The notes under the pieces were generated by a model that saw only the letters and a list, made by a program, of their open reading frames with translations, was not told the DNA's origin and did not search any database. Both the position numbers and the translations under genes were made by a program. This document shows positions 20,209-30,294 of a DNA stretch of 64,000 bases, one piece after another. Position 1 is the first letter of the stretch. Each line of letters begins with the position of its first letter. This DNA is from Thermostichus sp. DRC_bins_24 (GTDB lineage Bacteria; Cyanobacteriota; Cyanobacteriia; Thermostichales; Thermostichaceae), in contig JAUQVK010000086.1 in NCBI GenBank assembly GCA_039794845.1, positions 1-64,000 of the forward strand. Reading direction: 5' to 3'.

Positions 20209-21014
20209 GCCGCTCCGGCATGTGGGTTTGGCAACAGGCAGAGGGTTTGCGGTGGTTGCACTGTCAGCTGTTGGCGGAGTGGCCCCATGCTTTTGGCTGT
20301 CGACAAATGCACCCGCATCGACCGCCCCGGTTGGCTGCCCAGTTGCAGCTCCCCCCCAACCGGGCCGTATGGGGTCATCAGGTGCATGGCTCCGATTGGA
20401 TGTGGGCCGACGAGATCGGTGACCCTCCGGGTCGTGGGGAGCACAATGACCCTCCGGATCCACCCGATTCAGAGGTGACCTTCAGCCGCCCTCAGGTGGA
20501 TGCGGTGATCGCCCGCCAGGGATCCGATTCTGCTTGGGTCTGTACCGCCGATTGTGTACCGATTTTGGTGGCCAGTCGAGAGTGGGTGGCGGCCATTCAT
20601 GCCGGATGGAGAGGCACTGCCGCCCGCATTTTGCCCAACGTGTTGCAACAGTTTGCCCAGGCTGGGATCCCCTATTCCGAGATGCGCCTTGCCATCGGGC
20701 CGGCCATTTCTGGGGCGGTCTATCAAGTTTCGGAAGTGGTGGCAGAACAGGTGCTACAAACGCTGCCCCCAGATTGGGATACCGACGCGGCGCTGTTGCC
20801 GGATCCCCTGCCCGGTAAAGTGCGTCTGGATCTGCGCTGGGTGAACCAGGCCCAAGCGCAAACCCAAGGGATCCCCCCTGAACAGATTGCCCTCAGTCCC
20901 CATTGCACCCTTAGCCAGCCGCAAGATTTTTTTTCCTACCGCCGTGATGGATCCCTAAAGGACGAACTGGGTCGTCACTGTGTGCAGTGGTCGGGCATTG
21001 GCCTGCGGGCATAG
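20205..21014 (+). CDS. pgeF: Peptidoglycan editing factor / YfiH family
   Basis: QVHG, TADCVPIL, AAIHAGWRG, IGPAI, FFSYRR; ATGA overlap with the upstream gene. Confidence 0.92.
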   Translation: MSRSGMWVWQQAEGLRWLHCQLLAEWPHAFGCRQMHPHRPPRLAAQLQLPPNRAVWGHQVHGSDWMWADEIGDPPGRGEHNDPPDPPDSEVTFSRPQVDAVIARQGSDSAWVCTADCVPILVASREWVAAIHAGWRGTAARILPNVLQQFAQAGIPYSEMRLAIGPAISGAVYQVSEVVAEQVLQTLPPDWDTDAALLPDPLPGKVRLDLRWVNQAQAQTQGIPPEQIALSPHCTLSQPQDFFSYRRDGSLKDELGRHCVQWSGIGLRA

Positions 21015-21066
21015 CCGTGCCAAATTGGGAATAATAGCCGTAATACACACCACCGGCGAGGATCCC

Positions 21067-21408
21067 ATGCTTCGGAGTGCCACCCTTCGGGGATTGTCGT
21101 TTATGGCGTTGTCCCTCAGCCTTGTTGGCGGAGCAGAGGCAACCGCCCAAACCAGTTTGAGGGCAATCAACCGCGCCAGCCAACTGCAACTGAGTGTCGG
21201 GGCAGGACGGGGTACTTCTGCGGCGCCTGTGAGCGCCTCAAGTTCTGGTGAAGAGATGAATACATCAGCTCCCTCGGCGCAAACGTGGGCAGAGTGGCAT
21301 ATTCGTGCCAATGTCTGTACCGGGAACTTATCCACAGAGGAGTTGGCGGAGCTATTTCCACTGGTGGATCAGGCTTTGGTGGATGAAGTGTGTCAGGGGG
21401 GAAGTTAG
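21067..21408 (+). CDS. Hypothetical secreted protein
   Basis: Signal-peptide-like N-terminus (..AEATA), GAGG RBS, two Cys. Confidence 0.55.
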   Translation: MLRSATLRGLSFMALSLSLVGGAEATAQTSLRAINRASQLQLSVGAGRGTSAAPVSASSSGEEMNTSAPSAQTWAEWHIRANVCTGNLSTEELAELFPLVDQALVDEVCQGGS

Positions 21409-21436
21409 CGATTATCGATGGTCTGGGTAAGCAGTA

Positions 21437-21596
21437 CGGCCCGTGGGTTTTCTACGGCAGAGATTGGACTTCCTGCTCCCGCTCCACGGGGCCCGGAAGG
21501 CTAGCCCTCCAGGAGGTAGGTCTCAGCCTCCACGGTTGTGGTATGTGACCCCCTATGGACCCGAACGCACTGGCGTGCTCTGGGCGTAAAGGGCTG
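21437..21596. mobile_element. MITE-like dispersed repeat, copy A
   Basis: TA flanks; degenerate left end CGGCCC.GTGGGTTTTC, right end AAAGGGCTG; internal similarity to copies B-D. Confidence 0.75.
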
Positions 21597-21633
21597 TAAG
21601 GTTGAAAAGAAGAAGCCCTAAGGTCGTTGCCGC

Positions 21634-22029
21634 ATGGATTTTGAGAAACTGTTGGAGGAATGGGCCGCAGCCTTCACCCAAGTGGCTGAAGAAAGTCTGG
21701 CCTCTTTGGAAATCTTCCTGACGGAGCTGGCCGAGCCGCTGGCTGTGCCCCTGGAAGAAGCTCTCAGTCAGTGGGAACAGTTTTGGGGCCTCCACAATGA
21801 ACCGGAATCGGACCCGGAGCTGTTCAATGAAACCTTCAGCGCCAGCAATATCTATGTCAGCCCGATTGGGTTTGGGGGCATGGTCGTTTACACCTACATT
21901 GCCTCTCCCCCGGGCTGCATCGGGGATCCCACCTGTCGCTACAATGCCCATTCTCTAGAGTTGCGCTGTGCTGTTAACCCCTGTGGCCCCTGTGAAGGTT
22001 GCCCACACTACGAAAAAGCGGAGGGGTAG
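21634..22029 (+). CDS. DUF6464-like protein with Cys-rich C-terminus
   Basis: [32 protein letters not shown]. Confidence 0.75.
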   Translation: MDFEKLLEEWAAAFTQVAEESLASLEIFLTELAEPLAVPLEEALSQWEQFWGLHNEPESDPELFNETFSASNIYVSPIGFGGMVVYTYIASPPGCIGDPTCRYNAHSLELRCAVNPCGPCEGCPHYEKAEG

Positions 22030-22031
22030 CC

Positions 22032-22793
22032 ATGGGGATCCTTGCCGGTTCTTCCGTCGCTCCAGACAGCCAGAGTGTGTCCACTCCCACTTGTGACCGC
22101 CTGATCATCGCCCTGGATACCCCTTCTTTGGAACAGGCGTTGCAGTGGGTGGATTGCTTGCCCCAAGTGCTGTGGTGGAAGGTGGGTTTGGAGCTGTTTA
22201 CGGCTGTCGGCTCCCCGATTTTGCGCGCCTTGAAGGAGCGGGGCAAACGAATTTTCTTGGATTTGAAACTGCACGACATTCCCAATACCGTGGGGCGTGC
22301 CACCCAAGTGGCCGTCGGCTATGGGGTGGATTTGCTCACCCTTCATGCCAGTGGTGGCAGTGCCATGTTGCGGGCAGCCGTAGAAGCAGCCCAGTCCAGT
22401 CCTTGTCGGTTGTTGGCGGTCACCCTCCTCACCAGCCTCAGCCCCGAACAGCTCCAGCAAGAGTTGTGCATTGAGGCGGATCCCGCTGGCTATGCCCTGC
22501 ATTTGGCCCAACTGGCCCAAGCGCAAGGATTGACCGGCCTGGTTTGCTCCCCCCAAGAAGTTGCACGGCTGCGTCAGGCTTTGGGGCCGGAAGTGTTGCT
22601 GGTCACTCCAGGGATCCGTCTTCCTCGCTCCGCCGCAGACCATGACCCGATGGAGGATGACCAACAGCGCATTTGGACTCCCGCCAAGGCTCTACAGGCA
22701 GGGGCGGATTATCTGGTGGTGGGTCGCCCCGTTACGGCTGCCCGCGATCCTGTGATTGCGTTTCAACAGTTGTGCGATGCCGTTGCCCTGTGA
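22032..22793 (+). CDS. pyrF: Orotidine-5'-phosphate decarboxylase
   Basis: [37 protein letters not shown]. Confidence 0.96.
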   Translation: MGILAGSSVAPDSQSVSTPTCDRLIIALDTPSLEQALQWVDCLPQVLWWKVGLELFTAVGSPILRALKERGKRIFLDLKLHDIPNTVGRATQVAVGYGVDLLTLHASGGSAMLRAAVEAAQSSPCRLLAVTLLTSLSPEQLQQELCIEADPAGYALHLAQLAQAQGLTGLVCSPQEVARLRQALGPEVLLVTPGIRLPRSAADHDPMEDDQQRIWTPAKALQAGADYLVVGRPVTAARDPVIAFQQLCDAVAL

Positions 22794-23460
22794 GCCGAAA
22801 GCCAAGCGGGGTAGGAATCTCCGAAGCCTGTTGCGCCAGCGTTCAGGAGATGGGGATCCCTTCGCTCAACAGGGCCCGGCCCAGAGAGCCGGATCCCGGC
22901 GGTGGTGTTGGTTGGGGTTATCCGTAGCCACTGTTTTGGGCTTGTGGAGTCTTCCTGCCCTTAGCCAAGGGAAAGGGGAACGCTGTTTGGCCGACCCCCA
23001 AGCCTGGGCGGAAGCGCTGACCGAACAGTTGCCCTTGTTCCTCAATCTGGCCTTGAGTCGCGCCCGCTCTGACTTTCAGGTGGTGCTGGTGGGCGAACCT
23101 GAGGTTGAGCCCGTCACTTTACAAGAGGTTTTGCCCGGTATCGCCGCTGGGTCCTCCTTACAAGCCTTTCGCCTGTATTTCACCACCCTCGAACGTCGCC
23201 TGATCTTGGCCAGCGAACCGGAAAACAACTCCAACCCCTTGGCCGGGCGCCGCAGCGAAAGCATCCAACTGGCCTATGAGGCTTATGTGCTGCGGCTCTC
23301 CCCTCGGGATCCCTGGCAACTGGTGCGTCTACAGGTAACGGGGCTTGGCGTTGCCATCCGTGATGTTACGGATGGAATCACTGCCCAAGCAATCCGAAGC
23401 TGGCAGCAGTCTGGGTGCCCCTTGACGGGCGATCTAGAGTTGACTAAGCCAACCTTCTGA
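22756..23460 (+). CDS. Hypothetical exported protein
   Basis: Long ORF filling the gap, hydrophobic segment, LYFTTLERR motif; start uncertain. Confidence 0.6.
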   Translation: MRFNSCAMPLPCEPKAKRGRNLRSLLRQRSGDGDPFAQQGPAQRAGSRRWCWLGLSVATVLGLWSLPALSQGKGERCLADPQAWAEALTEQLPLFLNLALSRARSDFQVVLVGEPEVEPVTLQEVLPGIAAGSSLQAFRLYFTTLERRLILASEPENNSNPLAGRRSESIQLAYEAYVLRLSPRDPWQLVRLQVTGLGVAIRDVTDGITAQAIRSWQQSGCPLTGDLELTKPTF

Positions 23461-23509
23461 GCAGGAGATTCTCTTAAGTTATTCTTATAAGTTAATTAAG
23501 TTATTCTCA

Positions 23510-23695
23510 CAGCCCTTGCGCGGGTCTTCCAGGAGAGGGCTTGTGCTTCCTGCTCCCGCTTTCGCAGGGCCCGCAGGGCTGGCCCTCCAGAGAGTGGATC
23601 TCAAGCGTAGATCTCAACTTCCATATTTGTTCCCTATGACTGGCGGTGCCCTATGGTGGACAAACGCACCGGTGTGCCCTAGGTGTAGAAGGCTG
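23510..23695. mobile_element. MITE-like dispersed repeat, copy B (longest)
   Basis: CAGCCCTTGCGCGGGTCTTCC...AGAAGGCTG followed by TA; AT-rich flanks. Confidence 0.8.
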
Positions 23696-23859
23696 TAAGT
23701 TACTAAATTAAACTGTTAAATTTCAAATTATTAGATTGGATTAAATTAGGAATGAGACGGCTCTTTAGGCAGCCAATGCCCTCTGGGAGGGCACTTTACC
23801 TCACTGTTGATCAGCTCGTCTTCTGCCGTAGGGACCACGCTCACGCTAAGGTTTAGGGC

Positions 23860-24972
23860 ATGAAATTTCCCCCTGCCACTCCTCGCAATCCTCTGGGCAA
23901 GCGGGTGCCTCATCGCGTCGGCAGGCCGGAAGCCTGTGGCTCATCCTCCCACCTAAGCCTGTTCGGTGCTGGCAAACGGCGACGCCAGCGACTGGCCTAT
24001 CTCAGCTGTGTGGGCCACTGGCTGCTTTGGGGGGGGATAGGCTTACTGTTGGGACAACGACTCCGCTCAATGGGCCAACCGGCTCATCTGCAGTGGTGGC
24101 GGGTTGTGCCGGTGCTCGGGTCGGAGGGATCCCTGGCCTCCACCCAGCCGGAGTTGCCTTTGTACCAATCGATTGTGGGTGGCCTGCTGCCTTGGCTGAC
24201 TCAGGGAACCGGGATCCCGGCTGAAGGGGTGCTGCGTGTTCTTTCGGTCTTGGCGTGTTTGGCGGTTCTGCTCTTGTGCTGGAGTTGGGGCAACTTTTGG
24301 AGTGCCGGACTGTGGGGGCTTAGCCCCTGGGTATTGACCCAAGGGTTAGAGCCGGGCAGCGAGATGTTGGGCAGTTTGGTTTTCCTGTGCAGTTGCGGTG
24401 TTGGTTTGGGATCCTCTCTGCGCTGGGGGGGCTTAGCCCTGGCCTGTGCTCTCACCCCGAAGGTTTGGCCCTTGGCGTTGCTCTGGGTGGGTCTGTGGAT
24501 AAGCCAGCATTGGCCAAGGCAGCGGCTGCGGGGACCACTTTTGCTGGTGGTGGTGATGGGTCTTTCTTGGCTGTGGCGGACTGACCTGCTTACGGGGGCT
24601 GCTTCTGCTACCTTGTCTTGGCATCATCGTCTGAGTTACCAAAGTGGGCTGGCGATTTTAGCGACTTTGATGCTGCCTTTGGGGTTGACCTTGGTGCGAC
24701 TGGGTTGGCCCTGGACGGAGCGCCAACAAGCCCTGATCAGCTTGGCCAGTGTGGGCCATGTTCTCTGGATGGGGATCCTGGCGCTGCTGGTTTGGGGGCC
24801 TCAGGTCAATGGCTTACAACAGAGCGCCCGCTGGGGGTTGGTGGTGCTGCCCCTTCTGTGCCTAAGTGCCGGCGGGGTTCTGGCGGAGATCCCTTATCCG
24901 ACTTGGCGACGGGTCATGGGATCCCTGCTGTTGAGCAGTTCTTTCCTGTTATCGTGGCAAGCATTGGCTTAA
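23860..24972 (+). CDS. Multi-pass membrane protein, possibly a divergent GT-C glycosyltransferase-like protein
   Basis: Many hydrophobic segments; LPLY and GLSPW..Q..E motifs loosely ArnT-like. Confidence 0.55.
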   Translation: MKFPPATPRNPLGKRVPHRVGRPEACGSSSHLSLFGAGKRRRQRLAYLSCVGHWLLWGGIGLLLGQRLRSMGQPAHLQWWRVVPVLGSEGSLASTQPELPLYQSIVGGLLPWLTQGTGIPAEGVLRVLSVLACLAVLLLCWSWGNFWSAGLWGLSPWVLTQGLEPGSEMLGSLVFLCSCGVGLGSSLRWGGLALACALTPKVWPLALLWVGLWISQHWPRQRLRGPLLLVVVMGLSWLWRTDLLTGAASATLSWHHRLSYQSGLAILATLMLPLGLTLVRLGWPWTERQQALISLASVGHVLWMGILALLVWGPQVNGLQQSARWGLVVLPLLCLSAGGVLAEIPYPTWRRVMGSLLLSSSFLLSWQALA

Positions 24973-24999
24973 GCGAATCTGTTTCTCCTCTTGCCTCCC

Positions 25000-26208
25000 A
25001 TGACCCAAACCTCAACGCGGCCCCAGTTGCAGAGCCTTTTTGCCGAACGGGCTCAAGCTTTGATCCCACCTCCTTTTGGCGCCGAGATTCCCGGCGCGGT
25101 GCCGGTGGTCACCAGTTTTGCCTTTGGGCTGGCGGATCCGCGGCTGTTTCCCAAGGCCGATCTGGCCCGGGCAACGGCAGAGGTGCTGGCAGAGGATGGG
25201 GATGATGCCCTCAACTACGGCGGTACCTTTGGCGGGCTGATCGACTTGGTGCTGCAGTTGATGCAGGCTAGAGGAGTAGAAGCCCAGGCGGAAAACCTGT
25301 TGATCAGCTATGGCTCTGGACAAATCCTCGGCCTATTGCCCCAAGTCTTTGTAGAAGCGGGGGATGTGGTGATTGTGGAGGGGCCCACCTTCATGGGGGC
25401 CGTCAGCCGGTTTGCCGCCGCCGGAGCGCGCCTGATCTCGATCCCGGTAGATGGGGAGGGCATGGTGGTGGATCACCTGGAACAAGTGCTGCGAGATTTG
25501 GCCCGCCAAGGGATCCGACCTCGGTTTGTTTACACGATTCCCACCTTCCAAAACCCGAAAGGCTCGACCCTTTCCTTGCCGCGACGCCAGAAGCTGGTGC
25601 AGTTGGCGGCTCAGTACGGCGTGGTGGTGGTGGAGGATGATGCCTACTCCGATCTGCGCTTCCGGGGGGATCCCTTGCCCACATTGGCCTCCATGGATCG
25701 AGAAGGCTGGGTTCTCTACGTGGGAACCTTCTCCAAAATTGTCGTGCCGGGGGTGCGGGTGGGCTGGGCCTGTGGTCATCCCGAGATCATTCGCCGGCTG
25801 GATATGTTTCGCAGCGAGGGATCCCTGGGGCCTTTTCTGGGTCGGGTTGTGGCTCGCTATTGTGCCGAGGGCCGCTTACAAAGCCACATTCAGGTGTTGA
25901 TCCGGAAGTACCGCCAAAAGTGCCAGTTGATGTTGGACACCATCGCCCAATCTTTTCCCCAAGAGGTGCGGGTAGAGGCCCCTGGGGGTGGTTTTTTCGT
26001 CTGGTGTGAGCTGCCCCCTTCCCTGCAGGCAAGCACTTTGTTGCAAGCCACCCGTGAGTTGGGGGTGACCTTTTTGCCCGGCACCCGTTGCTTTGCCGAT
26101 GGCCAAGGTGACCATGCCCTGCGCCTTGCCTTTAGCTATCAGCCGGAAGAGCGCATTGTCACCGGGATCCAGACCATCGGGGAACAGATGCACACCCTGC
26201 TGAGCTAG
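25000..26208 (+). CDS. PLP-dependent aminotransferase class I/II (2-aminoadipate transaminase-like)
   Basis: YTIPTFQNPKG, EDDAY, GTFSKIVVPGVRVGW, LRLAFS. Confidence 0.92.
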   Translation: MTQTSTRPQLQSLFAERAQALIPPPFGAEIPGAVPVVTSFAFGLADPRLFPKADLARATAEVLAEDGDDALNYGGTFGGLIDLVLQLMQARGVEAQAENLLISYGSGQILGLLPQVFVEAGDVVIVEGPTFMGAVSRFAAAGARLISIPVDGEGMVVDHLEQVLRDLARQGIRPRFVYTIPTFQNPKGSTLSLPRRQKLVQLAAQYGVVVVEDDAYSDLRFRGDPLPTLASMDREGWVLYVGTFSKIVVPGVRVGWACGHPEIIRRLDMFRSEGSLGPFLGRVVARYCAEGRLQSHIQVLIRKYRQKCQLMLDTIAQSFPQEVRVEAPGGGFFVWCELPPSLQASTLLQATRELGVTFLPGTRCFADGQGDHALRLAFSYQPEERIVTGIQTIGEQMHTLLS

Positions 26209-26238
26209 GGGATCCTGTTCACTGTTCAATTTCACTGT

Positions 26239-26601
26239 TCAACGACTCCCTTGGGCTCGAAGCACTCCCAAGAGCCAATTGGCGGCAGTGGCGCGGCGAG
26301 TTTTTTGTGGGGTTAGTTCTTTAACTTTGTAGCCCTGAAAGCCTAACACTTCCTTGAGCAGCTGCTTGTTTTCCGGAGCAATTGAGCGAGTTAGTTTTAC
26401 GCTATCGGGGCGGTTCTCAATAAAATGCGGGATCCCTTCCCCCTGCCAGGTGGGGTCTGCTCCCGAGGGATCCCAGGTTTGGCTGTCCTCGTCGTAGCGA
26501 AAGCCAAGGGATTGCAACACCAAGGCATTGACAGTGTCGTCGGAAAGTTCGTTGTTGAGAATGGCCTGGAGGGTTTCTTGGTTCAGAGGGGGGATGTTCA
26601 T
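26239..26601 (-). CDS. DUF1823-family protein
   Basis: FIENRPDSVKLTRSI..ENKQLLKEVLGFQGYK..ELTPQKTRRATAANWLL. Confidence 0.82.
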   Translation of the reverse strand: MNIPPLNQETLQAILNNELSDDTVNALVLQSLGFRYDEDSQTWDPSGADPTWQGEGIPHFIENRPDSVKLTRSIAPENKQLLKEVLGFQGYKVKELTPQKTRRATAANWLLGVLRAQGSR

Positions 26602-26639
26602 ATCTGCTGGGCACAACACGGGAAAAGGCCGTACCAACC

Positions 26640-27371
26640 TCAAGGTAAACCGGTTTGCAAGGGCAGCTGAGCCGCCGCGGGCGCATCCAGCAACCACAGC
26701 AACCGCCCCTGGGGTTTTATGTCCTGACAGGGCAAATGGGCCTCTGTGGTCAGTGCTTCTTTGACAATGGCTGCCTTATTGGCCCCGGTTACCAAAAACA
26801 CCCCCTGCACCGCCCCGTTCAAAATGGGGTAGGTCAAGGTCAACCGGGGAGCCCCATCCTTTTGCCCGACGGTTACCCAGCAATCCTGCACTGCAAGAGC
26901 GGCTGTGCCTGGAAACAAGGAAGCGGTGTGGCCATCCTCCCCGATCCCGAGCAACACCAAGTCCAACTGAGGCCACTCTTCACCAAAGACCTGCCTGAGG
27001 GTAGCTTCATACTGAGCCGCATCCTGGCTGGGATCCCCTGCTTGGGTGGGCATCGGGAAAACCTGGGCTGCCGGGATCCCGACTTGAGCCAACATCGCCT
27101 CATACACCATGCGGTAATTGCTATCCGGATGGTCGGGAGGAACATAGCGTTCATCGCCCCAAAACAGCCAAGTTTGCTGCCAAGGGATCCCTGGGGTTTT
27201 GGCCAGGGCGGCATAGAGCTGTTTCGGGGTGCTCCCACCTGCCAGGGCAACCGTGAACCGGCCACGTGCTTGAATGGCTGCTGCCGCGCTCCGTTGCCAA
27301 ATCTGGATGGCTCGCTCGATCAGCGCGGATCCTTCAGCGAAGATCTCCAGTTGAAACCCCTGCATGAGCAA
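26640..27371 (-). CDS. pgl: 6-phosphogluconolactonase
   Basis: ALAGGSTP, FWGDERYVP, DSNY, LGIGEDGHTASLFP. Confidence 0.95.
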   Translation of the reverse strand: MLMQGFQLEIFAEGSALIERAIQIWQRSAAAAIQARGRFTVALAGGSTPKQLYAALAKTPGIPWQQTWLFWGDERYVPPDHPDSNYRMVYEAMLAQVGIPAAQVFPMPTQAGDPSQDAAQYEATLRQVFGEEWPQLDLVLLGIGEDGHTASLFPGTAALAVQDCWVTVGQKDGAPRLTLTYPILNGAVQGVFLVTGANKAAIVKEALTTEAHLPCQDIKPQGRLLWLLDAPAAAQLPLQTGLP

Positions 27372-27470
27372 CCCCCTCGCACCAATGCCCGGTTAACCCA
27401 CATACCCGCACCACTGTACCCGCAAAAGGGATCCGGTGAAGAGAGGGAACGAGTTCAGGAGGGGCGAGAA

Positions 27471-28478
27471 TCAGGAAGCTACCGCCAGTTCTTTCGCCTC
27501 TGCCCGAATCTGCTCATAAACCGAGCGCAGCTTCAGGCCCACCAGAACTTGAATCAAACCCGAGCCATTGCGGGAGCCGGGATATTCCGGGTGCTTGCGC
27601 AGCAACTCCGTTAGCTCGCCGTAGTAGTGGGTAGACAGGTTGCTCAAATGGTTCTCGATGTAGACCACTTCCTCTAGTTTGTCGAAGGTGCCGTCAATTT
27701 CCAGAATCGAAACGGGGTGGTCGAAGTAGGTTGAGGGGCCGTAGTGTAAGCGAATGCCGGGGTAAGAGCAGGTCAGCTTCTTACCGCAAGGGATCCAATC
27801 AATGGTGGAGCCTTCGTCGAATAGATAGACATGATCGAAGTACTTCACCCCTTCCCGCTGCACCAGCCGCACCCGCAGCACCTTGTGTTCTTGATCCAAC
27901 TGGGGCAACAGCTTGGTCGGCAACACCTCGATCACCGCATCGGCATACTGCTTCTGCACATCGATGTAGGCCTCAAAATCGGGGCGGCGGGCCTCAATCG
28001 AGCGCAACACATCCTCGTAGGTGTGGCCCCGTTCCGCCATATCCCGTTGCACCTTCCAGGCCACCTTGATCTCAGGGGCCAGATCCAAATACACCTTGAA
28101 ATCCAGCAGCTCCCGCACCCGCTCGTCGTACAGGGGATGTAAACCCTCCAGCACGATGATGCGATTGGGCTCCACCCGCTCCGGCGGGTCGATCAGGCCG
28201 GTCTCGTGGTTGTAAATGGGCTTCATCACGCTCTGGCCATTTTTCAGGGCCTTGGCCTGCTCGTACATGAGGTCGAAGTTGTTGGCGCGGGGATCCAGTG
28301 CCGTAATGCCCTTCTCTTTGCGCTGATAGCGATCCAAGGAGTGATAGTCATCCAGACAAATGGTTGTGATCAGATCCCGGCCAAACAGATCCCCCAGCCG
28401 ACGCAAAAACGTGGATTTGCCGCAGCCAGAATCTCCAGCGACACCAATCATCACAACGCGATCAGGACTGCTTGCCAT
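27471..28478 (-). CDS. prk: Phosphoribulokinase
   Basis: GVAGDSGCGKST, LDDYHSLDR, RDMAERGH; real start MASSPD with GGAG RBS (the ORF-track extension upstream is spurious). Confidence 0.97.
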   Translation of the reverse strand: MASSPDRVVMIGVAGDSGCGKSTFLRRLGDLFGRDLITTICLDDYHSLDRYQRKEKGITALDPRANNFDLMYEQAKALKNGQSVMKPIYNHETGLIDPPERVEPNRIIVLEGLHPLYDERVRELLDFKVYLDLAPEIKVAWKVQRDMAERGHTYEDVLRSIEARRPDFEAYIDVQKQYADAVIEVLPTKLLPQLDQEHKVLRVRLVQREGVKYFDHVYLFDEGSTIDWIPCGKKLTCSYPGIRLHYGPSTYFDHPVSILEIDGTFDKLEEVVYIENHLSNLSTHYYGELTELLRKHPEYPGSRNGSGLIQVLVGLKLRSVYEQIRAEAKELAVAS

Positions 28479-28817
28479 GAGAACTCCTTGGGGGTGGGCA
28501 GGGCAAAAATGAGAAAAAACCTCTAGAGGGTTACGGATTGTTACAGTTTTGCATAGTATCAAATAGAGCCGTCGCATCACAACCCACTTGGGGGCCGGAG
28601 ATGCCGACGTTCCACCCATCAATTTAACAAAAAATGCATATTTTCTGCGGACGGATGTGGTTGAAATCACTTTTTTCGAGGTTGGCTCTCTCAGAATCGC
28701 GCTGCAGGGGCTGTCAAACGCCGTCTGCTTCGCCCCTAGCGAGAGCGGTTGGGGCGGGTAGGCTGCTAAGGTGTTTGCTATGGAATTTCTTCCCAGTGCC
28801 AGGAGAAAATCGCAGTT

Positions 28818-29708
28818 ATGGTTGCTAGCGCAGAAAAGCAAGAGGTTGTCGTCAATCTGTATCGTCCCAATGCGCCCCTGATCGGCCAATGTGTGGAGAC
28901 CTACTCCATCGTGGGCGAAGGGGCACCCGGCTTGACCAAACATATCGTGCTGAGCTTGCCGGATCCGAACTACAAGTACCTGGAAGGACAAAGCGTTGGC
29001 ATTATCCCTCCTGGCGAAGACGCCAAAGGTAAGCCCCACAAGCCTCGCCTTTATTCCATTGCCTCCACCCGCTTCGGGGATGATGGGGAAGGGCGTACGG
29101 TGTCTCTGAGCGTGAAGCGAGCCGAACACGTGGATAAAGATACCGGTGAACCCGGAGTTGGCGTCTGCTCCGGCTTCCTCACCGATCTGAAAGCCGGTGA
29201 CGAGGTGATGATCACCGGGCCTGCGGGTAAAACCTTCCTGCTGCCGGAAGATGAGAACGCCAACCTGATCCTGATCGCCACCGGTACGGGTATTGCCCCT
29301 TTCCGCGCCTTCATCAAGCACCTGTTTGAGGAGGATCCCAACTATAAGGGCAGCATTTGGCTATTCTTTGGAGTACCCACCAGCTCCACCCTGCTCTACC
29401 AAGGAGATCTAGAGGCTTGGAAAGTTCAGTACGGGGATCGCTTCCGAGTAGACTACGCCATCAGCCGCGAACAACAAACCGCCGATGGCAAGAAAATGTA
29501 CGTGCAGAACCGTATGGCTGAGTATGGCTCCGAGTTGTGGGACATGCTCCAGAAGCCCAATACCTACACCTACATCTGCGGCCTTAAAGGCATGGAGGAT
29601 GGCATCAATGCCTTCATGGGCCCCCTGGCAGAACAAGCGGGTCAGGACTGGAGCAAGTTCCAGAAAGAGCTGAAGAAAGCCGACAAATGGCACGAGGAAA
29701 CCTACTGA
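28818..29708 (+). CDS. petH: Ferredoxin--NADP+ reductase, short form
   Basis: RLYSIAS, GVCS, ATGTGIAPFR, MYVQ, CGLKGM, terminal ETY; AGGAG RBS. Confidence 0.96.
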   Translation: MVASAEKQEVVVNLYRPNAPLIGQCVETYSIVGEGAPGLTKHIVLSLPDPNYKYLEGQSVGIIPPGEDAKGKPHKPRLYSIASTRFGDDGEGRTVSLSVKRAEHVDKDTGEPGVGVCSGFLTDLKAGDEVMITGPAGKTFLLPEDENANLILIATGTGIAPFRAFIKHLFEEDPNYKGSIWLFFGVPTSSTLLYQGDLEAWKVQYGDRFRVDYAISREQQTADGKKMYVQNRMAEYGSELWDMLQKPNTYTYICGLKGMEDGINAFMGPLAEQAGQDWSKFQKELKKADKWHEETY

Positions 29709-29729
29709 TTACAGGGATCCTTTCCTTAC

Positions 29730-30181
29730 TTCATTTCGCTGAGGTGATTGTGGTTGAGGACTTAAATCTCAGTGGCCTTAGTCGCGGCATGTTGGGTAAG
29801 CACCTGCTGGATGCGGGCCATGGGCAATTCCTGAACTCGGTGTTGCCTTGGGTGGGCTTCAAGCGTGGCAAGGCGGTGGTGAAGGAGAAAGCAGCGGGCA
29901 CCTCTCAGGAGTGCCCTGATTGCGGTGAAGCAGTACGCAAAACCCTGTCCACACGCTGGCATGAATGCCCCTGTGGCTGTTCCATGCCTAGAGATATTGC
30001 CGGTGCATGGGTGCTGCGAAATCGGTGTACAGGCGGTGGGGCGCACCGTCTTGAAAATGCCCCCGGAGAGGCTCTGGCGGGGATGTTCTTCGGGATATCC
30101 AGTCAAGACAGTCAAGACAGTCAAGACTCTGTGACGGGGAATCTCCGGCTATACGCGTAGCGTTAGCGGGATGAGCGTCAA
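29730..30181 (+). mobile_element. IS200/IS605-family remnant: 3' part of tnpB plus right end
   Basis: VVEDLNL (RuvC II), TSQECPDCG...HECPCG Zn ribbon, RD (RuvC III); subterminal hairpin ending ...GCGTCAA. Confidence 0.85.
30100..30126 (+). repeat. Tandem repeat (CAGTCAAGA)x3
   Basis: Read directly. Confidence 0.9.
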
Positions 30182-30294
30182 AGAACCACAGTGCCAAAGG
30201 GCGCAACTCTAACTGGTCTCGAGTACTTGGGAGTGCAGCGGGGGTTTGAGATAAGCTGGCCCTGAGCAACGGTATCGGAACAGGAGTAGCAGCT

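Noticed and set aside
28479..29321. 616-aa ORF suggesting a long N-terminal extension of Prk
   Set aside because: The extension is the antisense of petH and the spacer; Prk homology and an RBS start at 28478
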